NCBI GenBank assembly: GCA_046331705.1 | Contig: JAXLQJ010000005.1 | Span: 186,001-250,000, forward strand | Length of the DNA: 64,000 nt | Source of the DNA: a bacterium | Lineage (GTDB): Bacteria > JADJOY01 | Reading direction: 5' to 3' | Part shown: piece after piece, positions 27,584 to 37,237 of the stretch | Layout: each line of letters begins with the position of its first letter | How positions within the stretch are numbered: position 1 is the stretch's first letter | Notes under the pieces: generated by a model | Databases searched by the model: none | What the model was told of the DNA's origin: nothing | The model's input: the letters and a program-made list of their open reading frames with translations, nothing else | Position numbers and translations under genes: made by a program

Positions 27584-27796
27584 TCAGCGTGCGAGCTGGG
27601 CCCAGATCACCAGCACCAACTCGGCCAGGAAGAGCAGGCCCGCCACCACCAGGATCGTCAACGCGCCCCAACGCTGCACCCGCCGGCTGGGGACGGGGAT
27701 CAGTCCGTTGGACATCGCCCACGAGAAGAGCACGTACGCGGCCACCGCGATGAACACGCCGGTCAGCGCGCCCATCGGCGCGTTGCTCGTGAACAT
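27584..27796 (-). CDS. Small two-TM membrane protein, unknown function
   Basis: 70 aa with two clear hydrophobic helices, directly downstream of the M19 gene. Confidence 0.55.
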   Translation of the reverse strand: MFTSNAPMGALTGVFIAVAAYVLFSWAMSNGLIPVPSRRVQRWGALTILVVAGLLFLAELVLVIWAQLAR

Positions 27797-27814
27797 GGCC
27801 GGATCGCCGCCCGA

Positions 27815-28888
27815 TCAGCGCGGGCGAAGGTGATCGAGGACGCGCAAGAAGTTGCCGCCGAGGATCTTGCGGATGCGCTCGTCCGACCAGCCGCGGCGCA
27901 GCATGGCGTCCACCAGCCGCGGGAACTCCACACAGGTGAGCATGTCGTCGGGCGGGCAGATGCCGCCGTCCCAGTCGCTGCCGAGCGACGCGTGATCCTC
28001 GCCGACGACCTTCACCACGTGGGCGAGGTGATCCACCACCCAGTCGACCTTGGCGTTCAGCCAGGACGGGCCCAGGAAGCTCGACTGATACATGATGCCC
28101 ACGGTGCCGCCGGTATCGGCGACGGCGCGGAGCTGGTCGTCGTCCAGGTTTCGCCAATGGCGATACACGCCGTTGACGCCGGTGTGGGTCACGATCAGCG
28201 GCAACGAGCGATCGTGGACGGCGACGGCGTCGAAGAAGCCCTCTCGATTGATGTGCGCGAGATCCACCAGGATCCGCTTCTCGTCGAGCTTGCGCACGAA
28301 ATCGCGCCCCAGCTCCGAGAGCCCGCGCCCCGCGCCGGTGCGTCCGTACGGGTTGCTGGTCACGCCCAGGCGCGAGGTCGACAAGTGCACCAGCGTCACG
28401 CGGACCAAGAGCCGCTCGGGAATGCGGTCCAGATCCTCGAGGGAGTGATCGAGGGCGTTGCCGCCCTGGACCGAGAGGAACACGGCGTGACGGTCGTCCG
28501 CGCGCGCCGCCCGATACTCGCCGACGTCGCGCGCCAGCGCCACGCGCTCGGGGGCGCTGGCGAAGAGCGCCTGGAAGCGCTCCAGGTTGCGGAAGAAGGT
28601 TCGCGAGCGACCGGCGGCGCTGCGGAACGGATTGGTGGTGATGCTCCACAGCCCGCCGGTGAACCCCGCTTCGACCAGACGCGGTAGATCGGTGTGGCTG
28701 TAGAAGCGGCCGTTCAAGAGGCCGGGTCCGTGACGCTGGAAGATGTCGTAACCGAAGAGCCGGTGCTCGATGAACGCGTCGATGTGCAGATCGATGACGT
28801 CGGCGCCGTGGACGAGATCGAGCGCCGCGCGCGTGACGCCCAGGCGCGCGGCCGCCTCGGTTCGATCGAGCGACGACGGCAAGCTCAC
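27815..28888 (-). CDS. Peptidase M19 (membrane dipeptidase) family amidohydrolase
   Basis: DLHID, DLPRL, GLSELGR, VDLAH, VTHTG, RNLDD.QL.A.A..GG.VG, H.SLGSDWDG, KILGGNFLRV. Confidence 0.9.
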   Translation of the reverse strand: MSLPSSLDRTEAAARLGVTRAALDLVHGADVIDLHIDAFIEHRLFGYDIFQRHGPGLLNGRFYSHTDLPRLVEAGFTGGLWSITTNPFRSAAGRSRTFFRNLERFQALFASAPERVALARDVGEYRAARADDRHAVFLSVQGGNALDHSLEDLDRIPERLLVRVTLVHLSTSRLGVTSNPYGRTGAGRGLSELGRDFVRKLDEKRILVDLAHINREGFFDAVAVHDRSLPLIVTHTGVNGVYRHWRNLDDDQLRAVADTGGTVGIMYQSSFLGPSWLNAKVDWVVDHLAHVVKVVGEDHASLGSDWDGGICPPDDMLTCVEFPRLVDAMLRRGWSDERIRKILGGNFLRVLDHLRPR

Positions 28889-28898
28889 GGGCGCTCCC

Positions 28899-30575
28899 TC
28901 ATTCCTCGCTGGGCGGGTTCGCCGGCGGCGCGCTCACCGAGCCCGCCGCGCGGCGCCCGCGGCGCCGACGCGAGCGTCGGCGTTTCGCAGGAGCACCCGC
29001 CTCGGCCGCGCCTGCGTCCGCCGGGGCCGCGTCCGGGCTCGCCGCCGAGAGCGCTTCCGTGTCCCGCGCCGCCACGATCATCTCGGCCTCGTCGATGGGC
29101 TCGGTGTCCACCAGCGCTTCGAGCTCGGATCCGGTCGGCGGCGCGAGCGTCCCTTCGCCGGCGCGGCCACGCCGCCGACGGCGGCGGCGACGGCGGCGTG
29201 GACCCGGCTCGGCCGGCGCCTCGGCCGCTCCTCCCAGCTCGCCGGCGGTCGTTTCCGTCGCCGACGAGGGGCCCGTCTCGCGCCCGGCGAGGAGCCAGCC
29301 CGGGACCTCGCCGCCGGCAGCACGAGTCACGACGTCGAAATAGCTGATCGCGTCCTCGAAATACGGCCGGTGCACCAATCCCTTGGGCGCGCGCCCGCTG
29401 GCCAGCGCCTGTTCCAGGCGACGGCGTGTGAGGAGCAGGAGCTTCACCCGCTCGGCATCCTTGCGGCCGACACCGAGGGCGCGGGTGAGATGGCGGAAAC
29501 AATCCTCGATGAAGCCGCCGACGTCCGAAGGCGGCTCGTCGCTCGCGAGGGCGGTGGCGAGCCGATGCCAGAGATACGGGCCCGCGAGGATGCTCCACAG
29601 CACTCCCGGCTGCGGCGCGTCGCCGTAGTCGGAGGTTGCGTCGAGCACCTCGACGCTGCGCCAGGTGCGTTCGATCTCCTCGGGTGGGCCGTCGCGCAGG
29701 AAGCGCGCCAGCTCGGGCAGGATCGCGTCCATCAGCTCGAGCTCGAGCATGATCTTGAGCGAGGGCGCCGCGGCGCCGCCGCGCAAGTCGCGGTAGAGCT
29801 CGTCGAGAACCCGCGCCGCCGAGCACTCGAGCAGACGGTGCGCGTGACGCAGGATCGAGTCGCGGGTGGGAGGATCGATCGCGAAGTCGAGGCGCGCCGA
29901 GTGGCGGATGGCGCGGATCATCCGCACCGGGTCCTCCTGGAAGCGCACGTCGGGATCGCCGATGACGCGAATGACCCGTGCCTCGAGATCCGCGAGGCCG
30001 CCCACGTAGTCGATGATCGAGAAGTTGCCGATGTCGTAGAAGAGGCCGTTGATCGTGAGGTCGCGGCGGAACGCGTCTTCCTCGGGGCTGCCGTAGACGT
30101 TGTCGCGGCGGATCAGCAGCGACGCCGGCAGCGCGCCGCCGGCGTCGGCCTCCGCGCCGCCCGCCGGCGCCTCGCCACCGAGATCCCGCACGGCGTCCGC
30201 CGCCGCGGATTCCGCGCCGTCGCCACCGCCGTGCGTCAGCGGGCTCGCGGGCTCGAAGTCGGTGGTGGCGCGGAAGGTCGACACCTGAATGATGGTGCCG
30301 TCCTTGAAATAGACCTGCGTGATCTTGAACCGCCGACCGATGATGCGCGAGTTGCGAAACAGCGACTTGACCTCGTGAGGCCGCGCATCGGTGGCGATGT
30401 CGAAGTCCTTGGGGCGCCGGGCGAGGAGCAGGTCTCGTACCCCGCCACCGCACAAATACCCTTTGAACCCGGCGCGATGCAGCCGGTACATGACCTTGAG
30501 CGCGTTCGGGTCGATGCGCTTGCGGGAGATCGCGTGCGCGGCGCGCGGAACGATGCGAGGTTCGGTCGGTGACAT
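28899..30575 (-). CDS. pcnB: Poly(A) polymerase I
   Basis: GGGVRDLLL...PKDFDIAT, PAP-specific signature IIGRRFKITQV, RDNVYG..EEDA.RRD.TIN, EDPVRMIRA; Arg-rich C-terminal tail. Confidence 0.92.
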   Translation of the reverse strand: MSPTEPRIVPRAAHAISRKRIDPNALKVMYRLHRAGFKGYLCGGGVRDLLLARRPKDFDIATDARPHEVKSLFRNSRIIGRRFKITQVYFKDGTIIQVSTFRATTDFEPASPLTHGGGDGAESAAADAVRDLGGEAPAGGAEADAGGALPASLLIRRDNVYGSPEEDAFRRDLTINGLFYDIGNFSIIDYVGGLADLEARVIRVIGDPDVRFQEDPVRMIRAIRHSARLDFAIDPPTRDSILRHAHRLLECSAARVLDELYRDLRGGAAAPSLKIMLELELMDAILPELARFLRDGPPEEIERTWRSVEVLDATSDYGDAPQPGVLWSILAGPYLWHRLATALASDEPPSDVGGFIEDCFRHLTRALGVGRKDAERVKLLLLTRRRLEQALASGRAPKGLVHRPYFEDAISYFDVVTRAAGGEVPGWLLAGRETGPSSATETTAGELGGAAEAPAEPGPRRRRRRRRRRGRAGEGTLAPPTGSELEALVDTEPIDEAEMIVAARDTEALSAASPDAAPADAGAAEAGAPAKRRRSRRRRGRRAAGSVSAPPANPPSEE

Positions 30576-30733
30576 ACGGTCGCGAGGTCGATCCGGCGCC
30601 ACGGCGCCGGAAGGGGTGGCGAGTATAAACGGGTTCCGCGCCGGCGGCGGGGCAGCCGGCGTGCTCGCACGTCGAAGGGACGCCGCTCCCGCCGGGAACG
30701 CGGCCCCCGCCGTCCGAGCCCGTCCGGGGCGAG

Positions 30734-31666
30734 TCAGCCCGCCGCGGCCAGCTCGGCGAGAATCCGCGCGCCGCCCGCGTCGAGGATGTCCTCGGCGAGC
30801 TCGCGCCCCAGCGCCGCGGCTTCCGCGCTGGGCGCGTCGCGCTCGCGCCGGATGCAGATCGAGCCGTCGGGGCTCGCGATGATGCCGCGCAAGCGCACCC
30901 GATCGCCTTCCAGCGTCGCGTGACCGCCGACGGGAACCAGGCACCCGGCCTCCAGGCGATGCAGGAACGCGCGCTCCGCGGCGACCGCGAGGCGCGACTC
31001 GGCGACGTCGAGGCGCTCCACGACCGCGCGAGTGGCCCGATCGTCGACACGCGTTTCGATGGCGAGCACGCCTTGGCCGACGGCCGGAATCATCTCGTCC
31101 ACGTCGAACGCGTGACCAGCACGCTCGCCGAGCCCGAGCCGCCGGAGCCCCGCCAGCGCGAGCAAGATCGCATCCACCTCGCCTCGATCGACCTTGTCGA
31201 GACGGGTGCCCACGTTGCCGCGCAGCGGCACGATCTCGAGATCGTCGCGACGCGCGAGGAGCTGCGAACGCCGCCGCAGGCTGGTGGTGCCGACCCGGGC
31301 GCCGCGGGCAAGCCCGTCGACGGCGGCCGCCGCGCCGCGCCGCGCCACCAGCACGTCGCGCGGATCCTCGCGGGCCGGATAGGCGGCGAGCAGCAGCGCC
31401 GCGGGCAGCTCCGCGGGCACGTCCTTCAAGCTGTGGACCGCGAGATCCACGCGCTCTTCGAGGAGGGCGTCCTCGATCTCCTTCACGAAGAGCCCCTTGC
31501 CGCCGATCCGCGACAACGGCCCTTCCAGGAACTTGTCGCCCGAGGTCTTGATGACCTCGATCTCCACGTCGCGGTCGGGCGCCAGCTCGCGCAACCGATC
31601 ACGCACCCAATTCGCCTGCCAGAGCGCGAGCGGGCTGCCGCGCGAGCCGATACGCAGCGGCTTCAT
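30734..31666 (-). CDS. hemC: Hydroxymethylbilane synthase (porphobilinogen deaminase)
   Basis: IGSRGSPLALWQA, GGKGLFVKEIE, AVHSLKDVP, GTTSLRR, LRGNV.TRL, ERAFL..L..GC..P. Confidence 0.97.
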   Translation of the reverse strand: MKPLRIGSRGSPLALWQANWVRDRLRELAPDRDVEIEVIKTSGDKFLEGPLSRIGGKGLFVKEIEDALLEERVDLAVHSLKDVPAELPAALLLAAYPAREDPRDVLVARRGAAAAVDGLARGARVGTTSLRRRSQLLARRDDLEIVPLRGNVGTRLDKVDRGEVDAILLALAGLRRLGLGERAGHAFDVDEMIPAVGQGVLAIETRVDDRATRAVVERLDVAESRLAVAAERAFLHRLEAGCLVPVGGHATLEGDRVRLRGIIASPDGSICIRRERDAPSAEAAALGRELAEDILDAGGARILAELAAAG

Positions 31667-33048
31667 CGATCGGTGTCCTCGCGCTCGCCTTCGCCATCCT
31701 CTTCGCCTTCGGACGCAGCGAGCGGTCGCGCCTTCGCACGCGGCTTGCGGCTGCGCCCCTCGTCGTCGAGGTCGAAGAGCACCCGCGCCGCGTCCACGTA
31801 GGCGAGGCTGCCGTTCGAGCGGCACGCCTTGAGCTGGCTGAGCGGCGCGTGCAGCAGCTTGCCCATGAGCGAACGCGTCAGCTCGGCGACCTCGCGGCGG
31901 TCGGTCTCCGAGAGCTGGGCGAGCCAGCTCCGGTGGCGATCGAGCTCGCCCTGCCGGATCGATTCCCAGCGATCCTGGATGTTGCGGATCACCGGATTCG
32001 CATCCAGCTCGTGCAGCCAGTCGAGGAAGCGCTCGACCTCCTCGTCGAGGATGTGCTCGGCGCGCGCCGCTTCCACGCGCCGGATCTGCCAGTTCGCGTC
32101 CACCACCTGCTCCAGGTCGTCGACGTCGTAGAGATAGGCGTTGTCGAGGTGGTTGACCTCGGGGTCCACGTTTCGCGGCACCGAGATGTCGATGAAGAAC
32201 ATCGGGCGGCGCTTGCGACGCTTGAGCGCCGCTTGCACCATCGGCTGGGTGACCACGTAGTGCGGGGCGCCGGTGGAGCACACCACGATGTCCGCGTCCG
32301 CGATGCGGCTCGCCAGCTCGTCGAACGGCACGGCCTCGCCGTGGAATTCCTCGGCCATGCGCGCCGCGCGTGTGTGGGTGCGGTTGGCGAAGAGCAGCTT
32401 GCTCGCTCCCGCCGCCGCGAGGTTGCGGGTGGCGAGCTCGGCCATCTCGCCGGCGCCCAGCACCAGCACCACCTTGCCGTCGAGACTGTCGAAGATCTTG
32501 CGCGCCAGCTCGACGGCGGCGAATCCGACGCTCACCGCGTGATCGCCGATGCGGGTCTCGGTGCGCACCCGCTTCGCCACGCGAAACGCACGGTGGCACA
32601 ACCGATTGAGCACCGTGCCGACCGTGCGCGTGTCGGCCGCCACGCGATACGCCGTCTTGACCTGGCCCAGGATCTGCGGCTCGCCGACGATCAGCGAGTC
32701 CAGGCTCGCCGCGACCCGGAACACGTGCCGCGCGGCGCTGCGCCCCGCGAACCGGAACGAATGGTGGACGAGCTCGTGGGGGGACACCCCGCGCTCGGTC
32801 GCGAGGAAGCTGGCGAGGCCGTCGCTCGCGACCTCGGGCGAATCGCCGACAGCGAGCACCTCGACCCGGTTGCAGGTCGAGACGATCATGGCCTCGCGGA
32901 TGCCGGGCCGCTCCGTGAGTCGCATCAGCACCCGCGGCAGGTCGCCGGCGTCGAACGCGAGCTTCTCGCGCAGCTCGACCGGCGAGGTGTGATGGCTCAC
33001 CCCCAGCACCAGCGGTGTGGCCCAGGCCGGCAGGCTAGCGTCGTCCAT
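31663..33048 (-). CDS. hemA: Glutamyl-tRNA reductase
   Basis: STCNRVE, HVFRVAASLDSL.VGEPQILGQVK, GAGEMA, NRT, DISVPRNVD. Confidence 0.97.
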   Translation of the reverse strand: MDDASLPAWATPLVLGVSHHTSPVELREKLAFDAGDLPRVLMRLTERPGIREAMIVSTCNRVEVLAVGDSPEVASDGLASFLATERGVSPHELVHHSFRFAGRSAARHVFRVAASLDSLIVGEPQILGQVKTAYRVAADTRTVGTVLNRLCHRAFRVAKRVRTETRIGDHAVSVGFAAVELARKIFDSLDGKVVLVLGAGEMAELATRNLAAAGASKLLFANRTHTRAARMAEEFHGEAVPFDELASRIADADIVVCSTGAPHYVVTQPMVQAALKRRKRRPMFFIDISVPRNVDPEVNHLDNAYLYDVDDLEQVVDANWQIRRVEAARAEHILDEEVERFLDWLHELDANPVIRNIQDRWESIRQGELDRHRSWLAQLSETDRREVAELTRSLMGKLLHAPLSQLKACRSNGSLAYVDAARVLFDLDDEGRSRKPRAKARPLAASEGEEDGEGEREDTDR

Positions 33049-33078
33049 GGCGCGTTCGCTCGACCCGTTCTCGGTGGC

Positions 33079-33897
33079 TCACCGAAAGGAGTGGACTCCC
33101 TGACCGAGAACGTTCACGCCCACGAACGTCACCGCCACCATCGCGAACCCCACCACCGAGCCGAGCGCGGCTTTCCGTCCGCGCAGCCCGACGAGCGCGC
33201 GGCCGTTGAGCAGCACCGCGTAGAGCACCCACGTGAGCACCGTGAAGAGGATCTTGGGATCGTGCACCGCGGCCTCGACCTTGGGATCGAGCCGCATCCA
33301 CAAGCCGCCGGTGAGCATGCCGAGCGTGAGCAACGCGAAACCGACGGTGATGAGCCGGTGATTGATCCGATCGAGCATGTCGAGGCTCGGCAGACGGTCG
33401 ACCACGGGCGTGATGTGCTTGGTCTTGAGCGAGCTCTCGCGGATCAAATACATGAGGCCGACGGCTGCCGCGAGGATGAACGCCGCGTCGCCAGCCACGG
33501 CGAGCGTGACGTGGACCGGCAGCCACACGCTCACCAGACTGGACTGGGGTGGGCTCGCGGGCTTCGGCAACGTCAGCGCCATGAGCAGCAACAGACAGAC
33601 CAGCGGGCTCAGGAACGAGCCGACGGTCGGCAGCGGGTAGCGGAACTGGACGGCCAAGAACGCCACCACCAGGACCCACGCGTAGAAGCTCAGCGTATCC
33701 GCGGCCGAGATCGTGGGCGGGAGCCCGTGCGCGCAGCGCACCGCGATGGCGGCGCTGTGGATCACCAGACCCACGGCGAACGCGAGCCGGGCGATGCGTG
33801 CCGTCATCGGCCGCGCGTCCGCGAGCAGGAACCCGAGGTACGCGATGGTGCTGACGAAATAGACCGCCGCCGTGAGCGTGAGCAGGAAGGCGTGCAT
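33079..33897 (-). CDS. ccsA: Cytochrome c assembly / HemX-type membrane protein
   Basis: About 8 TM helices; W..VH, RLPSL..LD, GF.LLT.G..TG..W, DPK...T...W..Y, G.RGRK.A, C-terminal HSF; canonical position upstream of hemA. Confidence 0.88.
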   Translation of the reverse strand: MHAFLLTLTAAVYFVSTIAYLGFLLADARPMTARIARLAFAVGLVIHSAAIAVRCAHGLPPTISAADTLSFYAWVLVVAFLAVQFRYPLPTVGSFLSPLVCLLLLMALTLPKPASPPQSSLVSVWLPVHVTLAVAGDAAFILAAAVGLMYLIRESSLKTKHITPVVDRLPSLDMLDRINHRLITVGFALLTLGMLTGGLWMRLDPKVEAAVHDPKILFTVLTWVLYAVLLNGRALVGLRGRKAALGSVVGFAMVAVTFVGVNVLGQGVHSFR

Positions 33898-34165
33898 CGC
33901 TGGGTTTCCTCGGCCGGCCGAACGAACGTCGAAGCATAATCCCGTCTGCGCCCCAAGGCTCGCGTCAACCGGGATCCGCGCTGCGAGCAGCCGACCCGGA
34001 TCGCGGACCCACCGCTACCCAACGCGGGTCGCACTTCTGGAGCGGCTTGCGCCAGGGCGCGGGGAGTGAGACAAGGACACCTTCCACCCGAGCCCCGCCG
34101 CGTCCGAGCAGCACGCGCGGGGACCAGTACGGGATGCGCGCCAGCCGCGCACCGTCGAGGAAATC

Positions 34166-35422
34166 GTGAGTCGAATCGAGCGCATCGAGCTCTTCCACGT
34201 CGAGATTCCGCTCACCGAGCCGTTCCACCCGTCGTGGATCCCCGGCTACCCGCAGACCCAGAACCGGATGACGCTCATTCGCATCACCACCGACGATGGC
34301 GTCGTCGGCGTGAGCGCGGGCGCGGCCTTCGAGCGCGAGCGACAGGGGCTGGGCTCGCTGCTCGGTCCGTATCTCATCGGCGCGGACGCCACCAATCTCG
34401 CCGAGGTGCGGCAGCGCCTGACCGAGGCGTCGTTCCTGGGATGGCACAACTGGTGGATCGAGCCCGCGCTCTGGGACATTCGCGGCAAGCTCGAAGGCAA
34501 GCCCGTCTATCGGCTGATCAACCCCGAGATCGGCAAGGTGGAGCGGGTGTCGGTCTACGCCTCGACCGGCAGCGTGCTGCCAATCCCCGCGCGGCTCGCC
34601 TACCTCGATCGCATCCGCGACATGGGCATCACCGCCGTCAAGCTACGGGTCCACTCGTTCGACGAGCGCGAAGACCTCGCCATCGTCGAGGCCGCGCGGC
34701 GACATCTCGGCGGCGGCTACACGATCGCGGTCGACGCCAACCAGGGCTGGCGGGTGGCGGTGATCGACGACGCGCCGCTGTGGGATCTGGATCGCGCGAC
34801 TCGCTTCGCTCGAGCCGTCGAGCCGCTCGAGGTGGCGTGGCTCGAGGAACCCCTCGAGATGCACGACTACGCGGGGCTCGCGCAGCTTCGTAAGTCCACC
34901 ACCACGCCCATCGCCGGCGGTGAGCTGCTCTCCGGCTGGCACGACGTCCGCACCGCCTTCGAGCACGGCTCCTTCGACATCTACCAGCCGGACGCCGTCT
35001 TCTGCGGCGGACTCGAGACCAGCCGGCGCGTCCTCGCCCAATGCCGCATCGAGGGGCTCTCGTTCTCGCCGCACACGTGGACCAACGGCATCGGGTTCCT
35101 GGTGAACCTGCACGCGTTCGCCGCCCATCCCGAGCGCCACGTCCTCGAGTTCCCGTTCGAGCCGCCGGGATGGACGCCGGAGGCGCGCGATCGCATCCTC
35201 GCCCGGCCGATTCAGGTGGCGCCGGACGGCACCATCGCCGTGCCGCAGGCACCGGGGCTCGGCATCGAGCTCGATGAGCGGGCGTTGGCGCGCTACGGCA
35301 CGCGCTTCTTCCGCATGACCAAGACCTCGCTGGCGGTGCACACCATTCGCACCAAGGGGCTACGCGCCGCGCTCGACCTGAAGCGCAAGAAGGAGCGGCG
35401 CGCGCCGGTCGACGCGGCCTGA
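34166..35422 (+). CDS. Mandelate racemase / muconate lactonizing enzyme family protein (enolase superfamily)
   Basis: ALWDI.GK..G.PVY.L, KLR, VDANQG, WLEEP, IAGGE, QPD, PHTW, P..PGLGIELD. Confidence 0.92.
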   Translation: MSRIERIELFHVEIPLTEPFHPSWIPGYPQTQNRMTLIRITTDDGVVGVSAGAAFERERQGLGSLLGPYLIGADATNLAEVRQRLTEASFLGWHNWWIEPALWDIRGKLEGKPVYRLINPEIGKVERVSVYASTGSVLPIPARLAYLDRIRDMGITAVKLRVHSFDEREDLAIVEAARRHLGGGYTIAVDANQGWRVAVIDDAPLWDLDRATRFARAVEPLEVAWLEEPLEMHDYAGLAQLRKSTTTPIAGGELLSGWHDVRTAFEHGSFDIYQPDAVFCGGLETSRRVLAQCRIEGLSFSPHTWTNGIGFLVNLHAFAAHPERHVLEFPFEPPGWTPEARDRILARPIQVAPDGTIAVPQAPGLGIELDERALARYGTRFFRMTKTSLAVHTIRTKGLRAALDLKRKKERRAPVDAA

Positions 35423-36573
35423 TGCCGAAGGCGCGATCCCGCGGCCCGTGCCGCTCGTTGGCGGCCTGCGTCACGCTCGTCCTCGCGTGCGCCGCGACCG
35501 CGGCCGCCGCGACTCGCGAGCCGTGCGACCGAATCGAGCTCTGGAGCCGCGCGGGCTGTCCGCATTGCGCGGACGCGCGCAGATTCCTCGACGAGCTGCG
35601 CGCCCGCATCCCGGGGCTCGAGGTCGAGGTCCACGACGTGGTGGGCGACGCCGCCGCGCTCGCGTCGCTGCGCGCCCTCGCCGAGCGCGAGCACCTGGCG
35701 GGACTGAGCGTGCCGACCTTCTCGATCTGCGGCGCGGTCGTGGTCGGCTACCAAGACGACGCGACCAGCGGCAGCGACATCGAGGCCTTGGTGCGCGGCA
35801 CCGCGAACGCCGCCGAGCTCCCGGGCGAGGGACGGGTCGAGCTCCCGTGGCTGGGCGCGGTCCGGCTGGACCGCCTCGGCCTGCCGCTCTTCACGGTCGT
35901 CATCGGCCTGGTGGACGGGTTCAATCCGTGCGCGATGTGGGTGCTGCTCTTCCTGCTCTCGATCCTGGTGAACCTACGCGACCGGCGGAAGATCGCGCTG
36001 ATCGCCGGCACCTTCGTGGTGGTGAGCGGGCTCGCCTACTTCGCGTTCATGGCCGCGTGGCTCAACGTGTTCCTGTGGGTGGGACTCACACGCACGGTGC
36101 AGGTGGTGCTGGGGTTGGTCGCGCTCGTCGTGGGATCGGTCCACGTGAAGGACTTCGTGCGCTTCGGCCGCGGCCCCAGCTTGAGCATTCCGGCATCGGC
36201 GAAGCCGGGGATCTACGCCCGCGTCCGCCGAATCGTGAACGCCGAGAGCACGGCCGCCGCGCTGCTCGGGGCCATCACCCTGGCCGTGCTCGTGAACCTC
36301 GTCGAGCTGCTCTGCACCGCCGGGCTGCCCGCGCTCTACACCCAGATCCTCGGGATGCAGCACCTCACCGCCGCGGCCCACTACGGCTACCTGGCGCTCT
36401 ACAACGTCGCCTACGTGGCCGACGACACGGTGATGCTGGGGGTGGTGGTGGTGACGCTGAGCCGCCGCAAGCTCGAGCAGGGCGGCGGGCGTTGGCTCAA
36501 GCTCCTGAGCGGCGCCGTGATCCTCGTGTTGGGATTGCTGCTGATCGTCGCTCCCCACTGGCTGACGCCGTGA
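35422..36573 (+). CDS. Glutaredoxin-domain (CPHC) protein fused to a CcdA/DsbD-like membrane domain
   Basis: Signal peptide, GCPHC, SVPTF, then TM region with DGFNPCAMWVL and NLVELLCTAGLP. Confidence 0.85.
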   Translation: MPKARSRGPCRSLAACVTLVLACAATAAAATREPCDRIELWSRAGCPHCADARRFLDELRARIPGLEVEVHDVVGDAAALASLRALAEREHLAGLSVPTFSICGAVVVGYQDDATSGSDIEALVRGTANAAELPGEGRVELPWLGAVRLDRLGLPLFTVVIGLVDGFNPCAMWVLLFLLSILVNLRDRRKIALIAGTFVVVSGLAYFAFMAAWLNVFLWVGLTRTVQVVLGLVALVVGSVHVKDFVRFGRGPSLSIPASAKPGIYARVRRIVNAESTAAALLGAITLAVLVNLVELLCTAGLPALYTQILGMQHLTAAAHYGYLALYNVAYVADDTVMLGVVVVTLSRRKLEQGGGRWLKLLSGAVILVLGLLLIVAPHWLTP

Positions 36574-37159
36574 CCCGGCGGATGCCGCTCCACACGGTCC
36601 CCACGACCCGTTCGGGCCAATCCCGCGGGATCGGCTCGCCGACGAGGTAGCGCGCGTAGTAGCAGCCGATCAGCAGGTTCACGACCGCGTCCACGTCGGC
36701 CTCGGCGGCGATCTCACCGCGCTCGCGAGCGGACTCGAGGACGGCTCGCACCATCGCACGCCGCGGCGCCACCAAGCGCTCGCGAAACCGCGCGATGAGC
36801 TCCGGCGTGTCGCGCTCCTCGGCGAGCACCGCCCCGAGCAACGCCATGCCGTTGGGCCGGAGCAGGCCGCGCTGAAAATGACGCAGCACCGCGATCAAGT
36901 CGGCGCGCCCGTCGCCGCTCGACGCGGGCGGCTCCTGGGCCTGGATGGCCGCGACGGCGGCGGTCGCCAGATCGGCCTTGGAGCGGAAACGCAGGTAGAT
37001 CGTGGGCTTGGTCACTCCCGCCGCGGTCGCGACCTCGTCGAGTGACATCCGCGGGTAGCCGCGCTCGGCGAGCAAGCGTTGCGCCGCCGCCAGGATCGCG
37101 TGGTCGGTCGAGGGGTTCCGCGGCCTCCCTCGTGGAGCTGGTCGGCTGGTCGTTTTCAT
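36497..37159 (-). CDS. TetR/AcrR-family transcriptional regulator
   Basis: RGRPR...D.AIL.AA..LLAE.GY..MSLDEVA.AAGVTKPTIY.RF.SK; C-terminal A.ERGEI..D.D. Confidence 0.93.
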   Translation of the reverse strand: MKTTSRPAPRGRPRNPSTDHAILAAAQRLLAERGYPRMSLDEVATAAGVTKPTIYLRFRSKADLATAAVAAIQAQEPPASSGDGRADLIAVLRHFQRGLLRPNGMALLGAVLAEERDTPELIARFRERLVAPRRAMVRAVLESARERGEIAAEADVDAVVNLLIGCYYARYLVGEPIPRDWPERVVGTVWSGIRRVTASASGERRSAAIPTRGSRRRSGA

Positions 37160-37162
37160 TAT

Positions 37163-37181
37163 CTTTACCACTAAGTATAGT
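37163..37181. promoter_or_regulatory. Putative TetR operator overlapping divergent -10 elements
   Basis: AT-rich island; imperfect inverted repeat CTTTAC-N6-GTATAG; TATAGT on + (37176-37181) and TATACT on - (37179-37174). Confidence 0.5.
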
Positions 37182-37237
37182 ATTGTCGCGAAAGGGACGC
37201 GAACACGGTTCGGCGACGAACGAACGAGGAGACTCGC

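Noticed and set aside
30622-30627. TATACT -10-like hexamer upstream of pcnB
   Set aside because: No matching -35 or extended -10; too weak to list as a promoter.
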